Shown here piece by piece: positions 27,677-42,317 of a stretch of 64,000 nucleotides of DNA (position 1 is the first letter of the stretch; every line of letters starts with the position of its first letter). This DNA comes from Phoronis australis. Its lineage: Eukaryota; Animalia; Phoronida. Location of the stretch: positions 248,001 to 312,000 of the forward strand of contig NMRA01000139.1 of the NCBI GenBank assembly GCA_002633005.1, read 5' to 3'. The position numbers and the translations under genes are program-made. A model generated the notes under the pieces. That model saw nothing but the letters and a program-made list of their open reading frames with translations, did not search any database and was not told the origin of the DNA.

Positions 27677-27870
27677 ACACCTTTCTCACGCAGTCGCCAT
27701 GTTATAAAGAGCCTCCTTTTAGGTTTTAAAAACAATGCATTCTGCGCTTAATCACAGCGCAAAACATGATTGTTTGCATGCCTCGTTAATATTTATGTCT
27801 CAATGCATTGCTTTTTAAACCTAGAAAGAGGCTTATTTTTAAAATAGTAACTGCGTGAATAAGGTCTATT
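27677..27870. mobile_element. Palindromic MITE
   Basis: Arms TCACGCAGT...AGCCTC.TT.TAGGTTT.AAAA.CAATGCATT mirrored at ~27801-27858. Confidence 0.65.
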
Positions 27871-29332
27871 GCTTAACTAGTTGGAGCTTTTGGCAAACTG
27901 CGAATATTGCTTAGCTGACTTCGCTTTGTTGGTGAGGTCATGGGTTTTATCTTGGTGTCATCTCTGCTTTTTCCTGGTTTTCAATTGAAAATTGATGTTT
28001 TTTCATGTCCCGCTGTTTTCCATTGAGTTCTACAACACATTATTTTTGAAAATGAAGTTAAAATCAATTTAATGTAAACTAGTTTAATTTCGTGATAACG
28101 TAGAGGTATGCATTTACATAGTTTATGAACAGTGTGGCAAATTTTTTCAGATATGCATCTTCACTGTGGTCGTCCTCAGCATCACCGTGACCACAGCCAT
28201 TGCCACAGTAATATTAGCAGACATCAGGGGAGTTGTAGTTTGCAATGGTGGTGCTTTCAGTATTGGTGTCGTTAGTTTCAATGTCGTTGTCGTCATCGGA
28301 ATTTTGGTTCTGAAACAACTTTGGCCGCTGTGACATTGGCGATGTTGCTGTAGGCGCTGGATGGGCTCTCGACTCGTCGTGATGTTCTAGTCGTTTGCAT
28401 GTTTTTGCTCAGTCGGCATCCACATCGCCTTGATTGACACCGTCAACTGTTGCATCAGAGCCATGTTCGACATTCTTGTCAGCTCACTGATGCTGTCCAA
28501 GTGTTGCTTTTGTCATCGCAAAGGCGTCAACGGCATTGCCATCTTCCCCATAGTAGGCAAAGATGTCACTATCATTGGCGGTACTGTCATCACTGATAAA
28601 AAGTCGTCACCTGAGTGTCCTTGCATTGCGAAAGCATGTCAGTGTGGTGTTAAAGTGCCAGCATCATCATCTATGTCTTGGTCGTCATCATCTTGGTCGT
28701 AGGTGTTTTAGCTTTCATCGACGACCTCGCTTCTAAGTTCTTTGCTCCATTTCACCAAGTGTCGCTCCTCAGAGCACTTTCATTTCTTTATCCACTCACC
28801 ACAAGTCTGCACTTACAAACGCGTTTCTTTCCTGAACAACCACAGTTGTTTTCCCTCTCTGACTAGGAGCAGATGTTACATGTATTTGTTCTGTTGCAGT
28901 TCATGAAAGAAAAAATGTGTTAATGCAACAAAGCAGTTTAAGTGTACAAATGAAATACAGTTTATGGGAAAAGAATTAAATTCACAAGCAAAACCTGTGT
29001 TAACGAGAATGCTGTATGATTCATGACGGAGGAAGACAGTGAATAAACCCGGACTGGTCGGTTTAGAACAAAGCTTCTCAGTATCTGCGGGTTTCTGAGG
29101 TTGAAAAATTGATTTAACACACAAAAAGGCAACACAGACGAGCTCCAGGCCAGCTACAGTACAATGTTGATAAATGCGTAAGTACGAAACTTGTCTAGTA
29201 TCAGAACTTAAAATTTATTGATAATACACGAAATTAAAAGAGAGCAAGACTAGTCAACCAAATGGTTGAGTCCCAAAAAACAGCCGCATTAATTGCTAGA
29301 ACATCCAACCTTATTATAAGGCTACGGAGGAG

Positions 29333-29835
29333 CAGGCCTTTATGCATCGTACGTCCATTTGGACGCCCTTGCACTAATCTGGACGCCCTTGCACTAATCT
29401 GGAGACCCCTGGTAAGGACGCCCAATGTATCATTTGGACGCCCACTGTCAATACGAATCCCTTCAAGTTTAGACTCACACATTGTAATGAATACTAGGAA
29501 GCCTCTGAAGGCTCACAGTGGGGGCTCTTTTTTCAAAGCAGGAAGAAATATACAATGTATCTACAAAGTATATGCATTGTTGCTATTTTGACACTTGATT
29601 GACAGCATTGTAAAAGTCTTGGTCTACAGTTTTTTTTTAGTAAAAATGCTCACCATAGAAGGCTGTTTTACACAGTTAGATGTAAAAACCTTGATCTATG
29701 CATTTTTGTAAAAAATTCTGCGTGTTTGGGGGTATTGCTGGGGGTGGGGGGTTACGCGTGGGAATCATGGACGCCCTGGAATATTGGGAACCCCATTTTG
29801 GACACCCTATTTTCAAAATCCTGGATAAAGGCCTG
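29333..29835. mobile_element. hAT-type MITE
   Basis: TIR CAGGCCTTTAT / ATAAAGGCCTG; perfect 8-bp TSD CGGAGGAG (29325-29332, 29836-29843); subterminal GGACGCCC repeats. Confidence 0.9.
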
Positions 29836-32800
29836 CGGAGGAGTGTACAAAATGTCCAAATTTGGCTTAGTTCCTAACACCATATCTCAGAAATGGCTGA
29901 TCAGAACTTGATGAAACTTTCAGAAACTGTGCTATATGCAAGGTTTTCTAAAACGTTGCTAGGAACTGACTTAAATATTCCAGTTTTTCATGAAGGGCTA
30001 TCAAAGAACAAGATTTGTGATGACGAAAAAAAAAACGGAAACAAAACTATATTTTAGAAAACTCAACATGGCAAGAGAGTTTTGAAGATTTCATCTTAAA
30101 GATTTTTGTCAAATAAAGTTTGATATTGTTATTCTTTTGCTAACAATGTTCCTGTCTTTTTTATAAATTTTAGTAAAAAGAAATGGTCAGGGGACCCAAT
30201 AAATGACATATTGGTAAGTCAAAAATCTAATTCTACAAGTTTTCTACTTTAAAAATCCATACTTTAATTTAGTTTAAATTTGTTTTTCGAGATATCAGCG
30301 AAATATTAGATATTTGGCTATACAGGGCAGCCTACGCATTGATTAATCCCATTTCGACACGTAGAAAGGTGCCGGTTTAAGAACCTTCTGGTGATCCCTA
30401 CATTCTCCAATAGCACATGTACTTAGGGGCACCCTCAAGCATCAACCGACTGCATAACAAGAACATGAATGGCTCTTTCAACACTTCTCAATTCAAACTA
30501 AACAATCGCAAGACAGACAGGCACAGAGCAGAAGGCGTTTTGAAAAAACTTTGTGTATTCAGGCACCCATGTTTACTCTCATCCTGTGCAGTTCTGTTAT
30601 TGATTTTGGCTTTCCATTACCAGGTGACTGGGGGTTCTGCTTTGCTTACCCGTCAATACATCCGAACTGATCAATACACTGGGTTGTAGGAGTTGAACTT
30701 GATATGCACAGCAATACAGGCACAATAGTTGCTTCACTAATTGCCAAAGTTCGTACAATACCAAATTGCACCGAAATGTCAATTTCTTCTGTTTGCTCAC
30801 GGCTTGGAGAAATCGAAATTAGTGACACGACATTTCACAACAGGTTAGAATATGGTGGACATCTTTCTGTACTCAGCATCAGGCTGATATTTTGTGAATT
30901 TTTTTTTTTAACTTAACACGGATGATTCGATATCGCTTACACCATTTAATTTTACTATGCCATCAAAATTAACCTATTGCAACCAAAACAAGTATATATA
31001 TTTGAAACAAAAAAGTCAATGGATTATTCAATATTATTCAATATTATTTCACTCAGTTCCGCTGCACTTGCATTGTCTGCTTGATCATTATCACAAGCTG
31101 AAGAAAAAAACGTTAATTGATGACTTAACATTCCACACAGCTCTACAACAACCTAAGATTTTAATACTAACTATGCTAACAACAGGAAATCCACCTGACT
31201 GAATACCAGTGGTAGCTTAGGAGTCATTGTTCATACATTGAGACAACCTCCTAGGCCCATGATTTTGGGATAATGTCTGGACAGTGACTGCAGGACGCTT
31301 AACCATCAAACATCACCACATACATTTCACCTTTGGTCTGTCATAGTAACGTAATCCTGGGCATAGAACTCCACTGTGATTTCGGTTCTTAGCAATGAAT
31401 GTACCCTACTGTAGAAAGTGTCTAGTTTGGGACAGTGAAAATTAATTATTTTATCCAAGGTCGGAATTCACTAGTGGTCTGAGCCCTGTGCATTAAAATT
31501 CCTGGACGCACATTGTGATGCATTCAATTACAACTACATTACCAGACCCAAATAACATGTCTAATTCTATTTATTTGACACATTCCCAGTGTTAATTCAT
31601 ATTACAATTAATTTAGTCAAGTTGCACCACCTGTCTTGCCAGTCCATTCAATGTCTTAATCTCAACTAGATTACCACACCAAGACCAAGAGGAAGATGTT
31701 TACTGCTTGAAGGTTTTCAATTCCCAGAAGAATAATTACTCAAGAAGGATATGCAGTGCAGTCAGACACTTTATATTTTCCAGGCTTTTATGAACTGTCT
31801 ATGTAGTTCACAAAAGAAAACATCCAAACAGGACTGTGGCAATATAAAGACAAAACAAAATATTCTGAATCAACTGAATGGCACTTATAGCAGTAATTAG
31901 ACCAAAGTAAACCTCCAAAGGAGGGCAACAAGATGAGTCTTCAGCAATCTAATAGGCTCACGGGGATTCTCCACAACCTGATATGCCTTGTCAGAAAGAC
32001 TACAGTTAGGATTTTGCTTTTATGCGATTGACTCACTGGTGTAGAGTTTGAGAAAAAAAGAGTTTGAACTCATTTTTTCAGCAAAACCGGACATTGTAGA
32101 TGCTTGCAGTGACTTGTATCTATCATTGTACCAATGTACCAATGTACCAATGTACCAATGCCAAAGACTGACACACAATAAGGACATGGGCCTCACAACG
32201 CATTCAAGAATTTTTGAATTTCCGTCAAGGTTGAATTTTCTGTTTTAGAGAAAACTGCAAAATTCACTGCGCTTAAAATTTTTTTCACAAGTCTTTTGCA
32301 TAGTCTAGTTGCCAACGTCTTTATGCTTTGCTTACAAATGCAGACGGTTCTCTTTGTATACGCATTACTTAGGCGATTTGCAGTTTTGTGTCTATTTCTA
32401 GAATATTTAATTAATTTAATAGTTTATAATAGCTTGAATTCAAGTCAACAATTACAATTTTGTGACAGATAAATCAGGTTAATCTCTGACATAGTATTTT
32501 AAAAACATAGTCCTCAGTTTAACTCAGGTGTTTCATATATACTGGTATATCTACTATACATGGTCTACATATGTGTGTGCGTGCCTATATACATATATAG
32601 ATATATATCTATGTGTGTGTGTGTGTGTGCGTGCGTGCGTGCATGTGTTATCTTCTTATTGGCTTTTGTTCAATCAAGAGGTAGAACGTATAAGACAAAC
32701 CCCTGGTGAATAATGGCTACACCAATACTTAGACCATCATATCAGTCAATATTCATGTCCAAATTTAATTGTCAATCCACTGTACTACTTAGGACCAGTG

Positions 32801-35800
32801 TGACCAAATACGTATTTTACAACAATGTTATGTCCGATAACTACCTCCAGGATGAACACGCCATTAAGAAAAAAATCATAAGGGAGAATGTTTAAGAGTG
32901 TAAGCCCAATGACTACCTCAAAGTCATTATTTATTATCGGAATAGCAAGTCCTCCAACTTCGTCATGGAAACTAACGTTTCTGAAGGGGAAATCTGCCCG
33001 TTGCCCAACTTGTAGTGTTGTTTATGAGTTTGTATGCCCTATGAATGTCAAGAAATGTTACTATCGGCGTTCTATGGATCTTCAAAATGACGTCATCCAA
33101 GAACATTTTCTGCAATGTCATGAACGTATAAAATCACGTGTCAAGAAATTGTGGAAAAAACGTCAATTCGGTATGTAGAACACGATGTACTGCCATTGAA
33201 AGTATTGGAGTCACTTTTGATTGCATTCGAGAAGCCTGTTTTGAATGAGCAACAAACAGCATCGCACCGCACGTTACACTTGTTTGCATGACTTTCCTGT
33301 TACCTCCCCCCCTTCATTTGTCATTCTTGCAGTATTTCACACCTACCGTGTCCCACTGTGTATGTCTCCAACTTATGCTCTGAGGTGGCATTACTGCCTC
33401 ATTTTATATCCACTTGAAAATGAAACAAAATATTGGGTATCTTTTAATGTCTCTTGGTCAGTTGCCTTACCAATGTTCTGTTGATTGTCGAACTTTGTTC
33501 CGAGGATACAAATGAAATGAAACAAAGATTGTTAACAACGACAAGTGTTGGTATTCAACCAAATTTGCATCATACTAGTATTTTCATATATACCACATAT
33601 GTATGCGTGTATCTATGTACGTATCTATATACATATATATAACATGGGTGGCACACCATGGGAGGCTGGGGGCCTATAGCCCCTGCTTATTTCAGTGCTG
33701 GGCCGCCCATGGGCATGGGTGGTGCGCACCATAGGGGCTGGTATGTGTGACCTTGGAATACCCTACTAGTAGGAAACTTGGCATTCACGTTGAAAAAATT
33801 GCACTACATTAAAGCAAATCACATGTTAAGAAAATAATGTAATTTTTAACCACCTTTATTGTTTTTTTTTCAACTAATGTCAATCTTTATCACCAAACAA
33901 TGATTCATTAACAATTCACACATTCCTCCGATTCTGCGACACTTTCTAGTAAAGGAGAACTTGAAACCGGTGACAACACAAAATTTCACCTGATTACTTT
34001 AATATTTCAATTCCAAGTTGATACACACATGATCTTGAAATTAAGTGGAATTCAAGTTCACACACAGCACAGGTGACCATGCACGTCTAGGTGACAGCCC
34101 CACACACAGGTGCTTAGGCCTCAATACATACAAACACACACCATGGCTATATAAGAAATCACTGGACTTCATAGCTCAGGAAATAAGTGCATTGATTTAA
34201 CTTAAATTTATGACAGAGAAATCATGAAACACAAAAAAATCATACTGTTACAGCAATACAACAGTACTCCTAAGCTTCAGATAAAATTAGAGCCACGCAA
34301 ATTGCATATAAACATATTACTAAGTGATATTAACAGGTGTCCTCAAATTGGCAGGAATGTTGTAAGCTACGGGCTTCTAATCTAAGTTCTAACAGACCGC
34401 TCTGAGTTTGTGAGAAACCAAAACCAAAACGCCTAATTCATGTAAATTTTAATGTAATTAAAGCCGTAAAGTTTCACTTTCTTGTAGTCTAAGGACACTA
34501 TTACTTCGCTAGGCTTTTAAAAGTTCTACAAATGAACACTGGTTGATTGCGAAGCAACGTCGAGTAGGCCTATTGTCGCGGTTATGGGGTCGGAGAGCAG
34601 AGTTCCTGTTCAATGCACGACCATGGACCGGAAGGACGAGTTCGGCCTAGGTCTTCAACAGTTTTCAATAACCTAAGAGTCTCAGAGAACTTTATGGGGG
34701 CGACAATCTCAAGCGGGGTGTAAAAGGAAAGCAGTCCAGGTATAGGCCTAATTTGAAAAAATAAGTGACAGCCAAGCTGAATGCGGCGGGCCCACGACGT
34801 GTGCAGCATCCATCTCGAAGTCGAAATAACTGTCCCAGGACAAATCTTAATATTGTGACCGAACAAACATTTCACGCATCAGTCGAAGAGAAAAATGTAA
34901 AGAAACTATAGTTCTCAAATAAGTAGGTAAATAAATAGAACACTTACTCGCAAATACTACGGCGAAATGTGCTTGTCGGGAGATTCTGCTCCGTCGACAA
35001 CCACTCGCTTCCTTAACTTTGTTGACTACTGGTAGTGACGTTCACGACTCCAGAATTTCATGTGGAGATAACTCAGAATTTACTACTTGCTGCGCATTTA
35101 GTTTTGTCTCCTATCCAGCCGCATGACTGTCACTGTGCTGCGCCTTGATAAGGTTTTTGCTATAAAAATCCTGGTCGTTTTGTAGCTACTCATGGAAACA
35201 TTTTTCTACCGACCTCTCGGCTGCGGCTCCAGACTCCGCGACTGAGATACACTTATTCCGAGTGAATAATCGCAGATTCTTTGGCGGCATTTCGCCCTAG
35301 CTGCATAACAATTACTAAAACGACAAACTAATTGGGCCTTTTGCCGGGTCTCATAAAATCTGTCTACTAATGTTCCTTGTGCACAACTGAACATCGAACC
35401 GTTGGCGACTCAAACTAAAAAATGATTCCGAGTTTATTAGGGTTGACGAAACCTCAATTGTAAGGAGGTGCATGAACGAATGTGCGTGACTTGAACTCAC
35501 CTGTAATGTGCTCATAATTACGTGGCTAAACAGTCATTCAACAATTGTGAAGAGGGAATGAAAGGCCCAATTTCTGTCATTTTCCATGAAACAGACCCTG
35601 TTGTCCAAAACAGCATCTCAGCAGAACATAGTGTGCCCATTATGCGGATATTGTAAAAAAACGACTGGGCTTATCGAAAGGTAAAAATTGAAAGAAAAGA
35701 CTTTTTCATTCGATAATCACTGGCGGCAAGTGTCTATCTCAGTTAAATAGTCACGGCCAACCTACGTTTCTACTGGCACGGGCGCTCGTGAATTGAAAAA

Positions 35801-36711
35801 AAACGTCAAAAATATTTTTTCATGGCAGGAGCTACTGCCAGAAATCCAGTTTAATTACCGACTAAGGCCAACACCCCGCGTAGTTCAATCATTACTCCGG
35901 GGAGTTTTGGCGCTGCATGTTCTTCAACTATAAGCGTCTGGCCATGGTTGATAAGCGTTTTTAATTAGAATTTTCAGGCATCTGGAAAATTAGTCGGCTG
36001 ATCATAATGTCACTGAGTTCACCAAGGCTCATTGATTTTTGTCTTTCCTCATAACGATAAAATGCGCCAAAGTATTTAATTCCTTATTTAGGTAAAATAA
36101 TTCAACTTAAGTGGCGTGTTCGTCGGCTGCATATTTTTTAAAAAAATCAAAACCAGTCGAGCATCTCAAAACCAAATCTTAATTTGATGAGACCCATGGG
36201 TTATTGCCCGGTTTGGTGGGCCGGAGCCGAAGAGGAAGGACGAGGGCAACAATTATGCTTGTCCCCCGATTAGTGAATACTTCTAGCTGCGCAAGCTGAG
36301 TACGATGTATGAAATTATGAGCTTTTATCTTCTTCTGTTTATAAGATTCAGAATTCACTGGGAGCGTTGTCCGTCTTCTTGTGCAGACATACGAAAAGGT
36401 GATCCTTCATTTCAGAGTTGGGGTATGGAAACTACCCTTGCTACACACGTCAAAAACTCTTACCGTGCATAAAATCATTACCGCGGAGCCTGACCTCCAA
36501 CCAGACTCGAGCACGTTTATCATATTCCGCAGGCATCTGTGCAAGCGCTAACCTGAGGTCTTCAACCAAACGTTTCAATACCGTGGGCAATTCTACACGA
36601 CAATTTTGAAAAAAACGGAACCAAGTCATCCACGATTTTCATTTTTTCACAGGCACTATGTCCTGGGTGCACTTAGGGCAGCTTTTGGAGAGCAAGACTG
36701 TTTTTAAATTT

Positions 36712-37009
36712 NNNNNNNNNNNNNNNNNNNNNNNNNNNNNNNNNNNNNNNNNNNNNNNNNNNNNNNNNNNNNNNNNNNNNNNNNNNNNNNNNNNNNNNNN
36801 NNNNNNNNNNNNNNNNNNNNNNNNNNNNNNNNNNNNNNNNNNNNNNNNNNNNNNNNNNNNNNNNNNNNNNNNNNNNNNNNNNNNNNNNNNNNNNNNNNNN
36901 NNNNNNNNNNNNNNNNNNNNNNNNNNNNNNNNNNNNNNNNNNNNNNNNNNNNNNNNNNNNNNNNNNNNNNNNNNNNNNNNNNNNNNNNNNNNNNNNNNNN
37001 NNNNNNNNN
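36712..37009. other. Assembly gap
   Basis: N run. Confidence 1.
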
Positions 37010-40000
37010 AAAATTTAAAAAAAGACTTGCTCTCGTTAGAGTCTCGAAGCAGTGGAAATTTTGGCATGAAAGTCTAATAGTGTTGACTGCAAGCCACTAA
37101 AGATCGTGCAGATCGATGTTTCGTGACTTTGCAAAGCCATCGATCACCAGCGTAACGTCACCTGTAAACAGACAGTACCTGGCGGTAATTTCAGGTATCC
37201 GTCAATTTATGGTAACTGGATTCCTTGGTCAAAACCAACTCACCATGGTACGTTGATCTTGTTTTTTCCTCAAAGGAAGTTTTATACAAAGTATTAGACT
37301 ACCTTCATTGCCAAGGTTCATACTTGTTAAATAACGTTTTAAGTTGTAATAGCAGACCCATAAAGTAAACGGACAATTCCATTAGTGACGGACGTAGGGC
37401 CTACAATCAGAGAACATTTGGGCCAATTGTGAAAAAAGTTTTCATCCAAAGAAAATAATTAATACATCAGTTGTTAGGTCTCATTGATAGCTTTCAAAGC
37501 ATGTATCAACTTTTCTCCTATCTTTTTATCTGAGGAAGTTGTCTTTTAAGAGGTGTGACGGACGATCGCAGAGAATTTGAATTTTTTAGAAAATGGCTGT
37601 AAGATGTAGTTCTGAAGTTATGACTCATGGATGTTTGGGGGACGAATAGCAAAAATCTGGCAAAGAGGACCATGATGTTTTCCTCTCAGTGTTCTGTGTG
37701 TTGAAGGTTTGCCGAGTGAATTGCAAAAATCTGACTATTTTGCCGACACGTTGTGGCCGCGATGGTGTTGGCTAATGAGCCCATGGTTGCCGGGTAAATA
37801 GCAATTATTTGTCCAACAAACTTGTGAAAATATATGAACCAACGAGGTCGTTGAAAGTTTTTAGACTCAATTGCAAAAATCCCACTATTTGACCGACAAG
37901 GATATGTGGCGTAGTGTTGGTTAGTAAAAGAAATCGTAGAAAAGTTTGTCGGTTGAATTGCAGACCGACAAGCTATAAACGTGACCAACATATCAGATCG
38001 TTGAATTATTTGTCGGTTCTTTAAAACTTTTTGACCGACCCGTCCGTTAAAGAGCAAAAGTTCATTTGGCCGGGTTGTTGGGCAAAAAGCGACGACCGGT
38101 ACAAAAAGTATTGAAAACACAAGAACAAAAAAGTGACGCGTTTCATCTGTGACCATGCATGCTACCACAATATTGTCAAATGTCGACATGGCCATACTCC
38201 CCAAAAACGTCCGATTTGTGAATGAAGGTCTGACAGAGAACACCCCAGTTTATGATACTGAGGTGACAAGGAGTGCCACAATCCGAGTATCGTTTTCGAC
38301 CGATCTCCACTGAGAAGAAGGTCCCTCAAGTTGAAATGGTTGTGCCAACTGGAGATGGCAGTACAGATGATTCAAGAGAGGAAGATTCCATCTATGCCGA
38401 CAGAAAAAATGGCGACTCTGCAGTTTTTTACTTCCATGACCATGCATGCTACCACAATATTGAATGCGATTCTGACGTCATTGTCAAATGTCGACAAGGC
38501 CCTGCCCCCCAAAAAGTCCGCTTTTTGCTGATCTGAAAAAGGACATCCCAGTTTAGGATAATGAGGTGACAGGGAGCACCACAATCCCTGTATCGTCCTC
38601 GACCCCCTCATATTGAAATCGCTATGCCACTTAGACACGGCAAAGTCAAAGCCTCACGAAAGTCCAGATTCCGGCTGGGAGATTTGTTGTCGGCTGTTCT
38701 GTTCAGTGTGGCAGACCGATGACTCTGTACAGCAGCAGCATAGATTTAAAAAATTCCATAGGATGGGATCTAATTTTGATTATTTTCTTTCCATGTAAAA
38801 TTATGTCCACTCTAACTAATTGATTACTGGCTGCAAAGTAGCTACTGCACAACTGTTGAATAGTCAATAAACGAGAGTGGATTAAGACACGAGATTTTAA
38901 TGCAAAAGATCGGCTTTTGGTTACAACTTTTTATGAAGACAAGCACATATGGATTTTACACTCTAAAAGGGCTTGGAGCCAAATGTCGATAAAACAATAG
39001 AATGACATTAAGCACTTTATCGCTATTTTAGCCAAGGTTTCTTGATTTTTTTGAAAACCTGAACAAACAGGCCACTAAAAAAATTAGAAAGGTTGATAAC
39101 ACGATTCACAAAGCGATGATTAAAAAAGAAAAATAAATCCTCCACAACCGAGGCCAGTACCAATTATGCTTTTTGGCCTTAAAAATCTGTTTTCATGAAA
39201 CAGATTCCACGTTATTCGTATCGATTTTCCTTTATCTGCCTTATGAGTACGCAATACTGGCGCAGAGCTGTAACGGATAATAAAAACACACTGAAGAATA
39301 CCAAAAATGGTCTTACTGGAATAATGTTTTCTCTATTCCAGGAATATCGAAGTTTTCTTTGGAAGACACGGAAGCACCGCAACGGCTCTCCATGCTCACC
39401 TGACTCTAACAGGCTTCTCATGTTTCACAGAACGAGCATTTTAAACTCAGTAACTCCATCATATCCTCAAATCGAACGCAATTTGCAGTGCACAATACAT
39501 AGAAACAGTCATTTTAAAGCGGTAATAAACCCACGTCAAAAAAAACAAAAAAAATTAAATTTTGATTTAGACAAATTACTGCAGCAAAACTGTTCTCGAT
39601 TTGTTCCGTGCTCAGATGAGAAGTGTTTTGTTTGGCAAATAACTGACAGTTCGATACTCGACCAAGACCACGCAGGGATTTTATTCTACTTTCGTGCGAA
39701 CACAGGGTACAGTTCGATGCTCGTGTACAGAACAGCTCAAGCGATGAACTGTCTATTCCTATTTTATACATGACGATCCCAGCATCAAGGCTAACAGACT
39801 TTACTGGAAATCTCGAGTTTGTTGCAAGAATCTAGGTGTCATTAAGTGCGACCTTGGACTAGAAACCCATATGCAAATTTATTAAACCATAATGTACGAT
39901 ATACAGCTGAACACATGTCTTGTTTTTTACAGAAAATATGCAACTTAAAAGACACGTTTTTGTAACTAACAGAATCTTGTTAAGAAACAGAATTTTCTGG

Positions 40001-42246
40001 TTTCGTGCAAAAACTGTAGACGAAAATAATACTCAGATGTTCGTAACAAGGTGTATTGTTTTTTTGCAAAATTTTCGAGTTTTCACGGATGTTGTAGTAA
40101 TTTCCACAAACCGTTAAAACTACATCAAAAGTGTGTCTACCTTTAATACTTGACCATATATGAAATTTGATTCTTTAATTGTAAGATTGCTGTTTGCCCG
40201 CTTCTAACAGAAAAGCCACTTTCAGCATAATGCCTTTTCGCAGAAAAAACAGGCCACAAACATTTGTCCATATACTTTTTGATTTAAACATCCACTTCGA
40301 ATTTCCTGTTCATGTTGAACACCCAATTTAGTACGTTTGCAATATCAAACATGTTCAAAACACTAACCACAATCCAGGAATAACTCAGTTAAAACGGCCT
40401 GTGCGTTGTACCGTCAAGTATGGTACGTTCGTGGCAAATGCAATGACAAAATATGAAAAAAGTCAACATAATGATAAAAAAGAGCAAACTGGAAATCAAA
40501 GCAAAACATTTTGATGGAGTTAAAATCTGTGGCTTTGCAGACATGCTCATAACGTCCTGAATAACCTCAAAGTAAGCCGTGGCAAGATTTGAAATTGCTG
40601 GATCATTCCATAAGAATGAAATTGCTGGATCATTCCATAAGAATGAAATTCTGTGGCAAACTTCCGAACCCAATTCAACCTTTTAAGGTACACTCCAGTC
40701 TTTTTCCTCATGTTCAAGTGTTCAAATTCTTGAAATATAGAGTAGCATCGAAAGCACAATCCGACACAAAGCAGTGACCTCACTGCACACATGCCAATAG
40801 TAGCTACCATTCTCAGTATTCTCTGAACTTCTCAAGGTGCAATAAGCTATGCCTTCAGTAAAAAAAAAAAAAATTAGGCCACCCACATCTGTAAAATTAA
40901 TCACTTTTCGATATTCAGATAATAGATTAGAAGTGATTTCTTGACTCCTTAATAAGTGGCAGAACATTTTATTGCTTAGGACTTGGAATGACCCATGTCA
41001 AAAAAGAAAAGTTTCCAAGTCATGTATCTTCCACAAGTATAGGATTGGGTGCCAAAAATATCTTTGTTTTTTCATGAGTAATGTCAAAATAATGATAAAA
41101 AGAGACGAAAAAGAGGAACCTGAAATTGGAAATCAAATAAGAGGAAATAGAAACCAAAAAGATGACATTCTATTAAAAGATGAAAATTTCATGCGTTGAT
41201 TGCTTCACTTTTCACCTGGAGCATTGTCTCAAGCAACGAACAATAACTTCCTTTCAAGTACAGAAATTAGTAATTTGAGTAAGGAACAAATTGAAACCAG
41301 TTTTGTGGTATAAATGGTCTTAACCAAGGAAGGTTGGATCAAAGCCCCTTCAAAGAGCAGCAACATTTGTTAATCTTTTTTATAAAAAGATTTGCTTGAT
41401 ATTATCAAAGGTTTATTACTACATCTAATACAGAACGACCAATCCTAGCTGCATGTAAAAGATATTCATAGACTATACAGTACAACGCAATGAAATGTCA
41501 CGAGTATCACTGCATATGAACACTAGAACAAAAGGCTATACATCATCTAGCTTGTATACAGAAAACAAACGAGAACAAAAATTACGTGATAACCTCTTAC
41601 CAGAAAACATAAACACGAGATGAGTACTGAGAACTCCAAACCTCCACAATCACACACACATTCACACAACTTCCTACACTCCGTAACCATGGTAACCAAC
41701 TTAGGATGCACGACTATTCAAACAATTTTTGTGAAGTTACAGGAAAAACATCAGCGGGGATGCTCTATTTCTTAAGCATGGATTTAGGAAACACAAATGG
41801 AATTCTGAAGAGCGGATCGGTACTAAGACACTCGCCTTGTCTTGTAGTTGACACGTGTCAGATCTGTCAATCATTTTCAGAGGTTGCAAAACCATGCACG
41901 AGTCGAATGATATAGTAGTGCTGTTCTAACAAAAAGACATTTCACGGACACCGACAGTGATGACGCTTGCTTCCTGCAAAAACTATAAAATGACCCGCAA
42001 TAAAGTGAACTCCTCTTGCAATACAAAAATAACAACATACTCAGACTGCAACACCATCTTCGAAACATTATTATGTTACGGCAAAATGAACTCTGAATCT
42101 ACCGTAATGAGACGCTGATAACTGAACACAGTCCCTGAATGTCCTCGATGTGAACAGAGATCTTGATGATGTCATACGGGCAATATGTGTGAAGTTTTGT
42201 TCATGAACATGACGCTGATGATAACGATGAACCACGGGATGACGCT

Positions 42247-42317
42247 TCACTTCTTCTGGTTTGTCTTGTCGTTTAGAGGGTTCTGCACTGGCCTTTTGAA
42301 GAGCAGAATGTGAGGTT
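42247..42317 (-). CDS. CKS1: CKS exon 3
   Basis: Acceptor TTTTTCAG|, (E)PHILLFKRP..., TGA stop. Confidence 0.95.

Noticed and set aside
36639-37077. ORFs spanning N runs (also 46218-46706)
   Set aside because: Open only because of the assembly gaps
37686-38243. 185-aa minus-strand ORF
   Set aside because: No recognisable motif; lies antisense to a duplicated, probably TE-derived segment
39195-39773. 192-aa ORF, the longest in the track
   Set aside because: No recognisable domain, atypical composition and no splice context; probably a chance ORF
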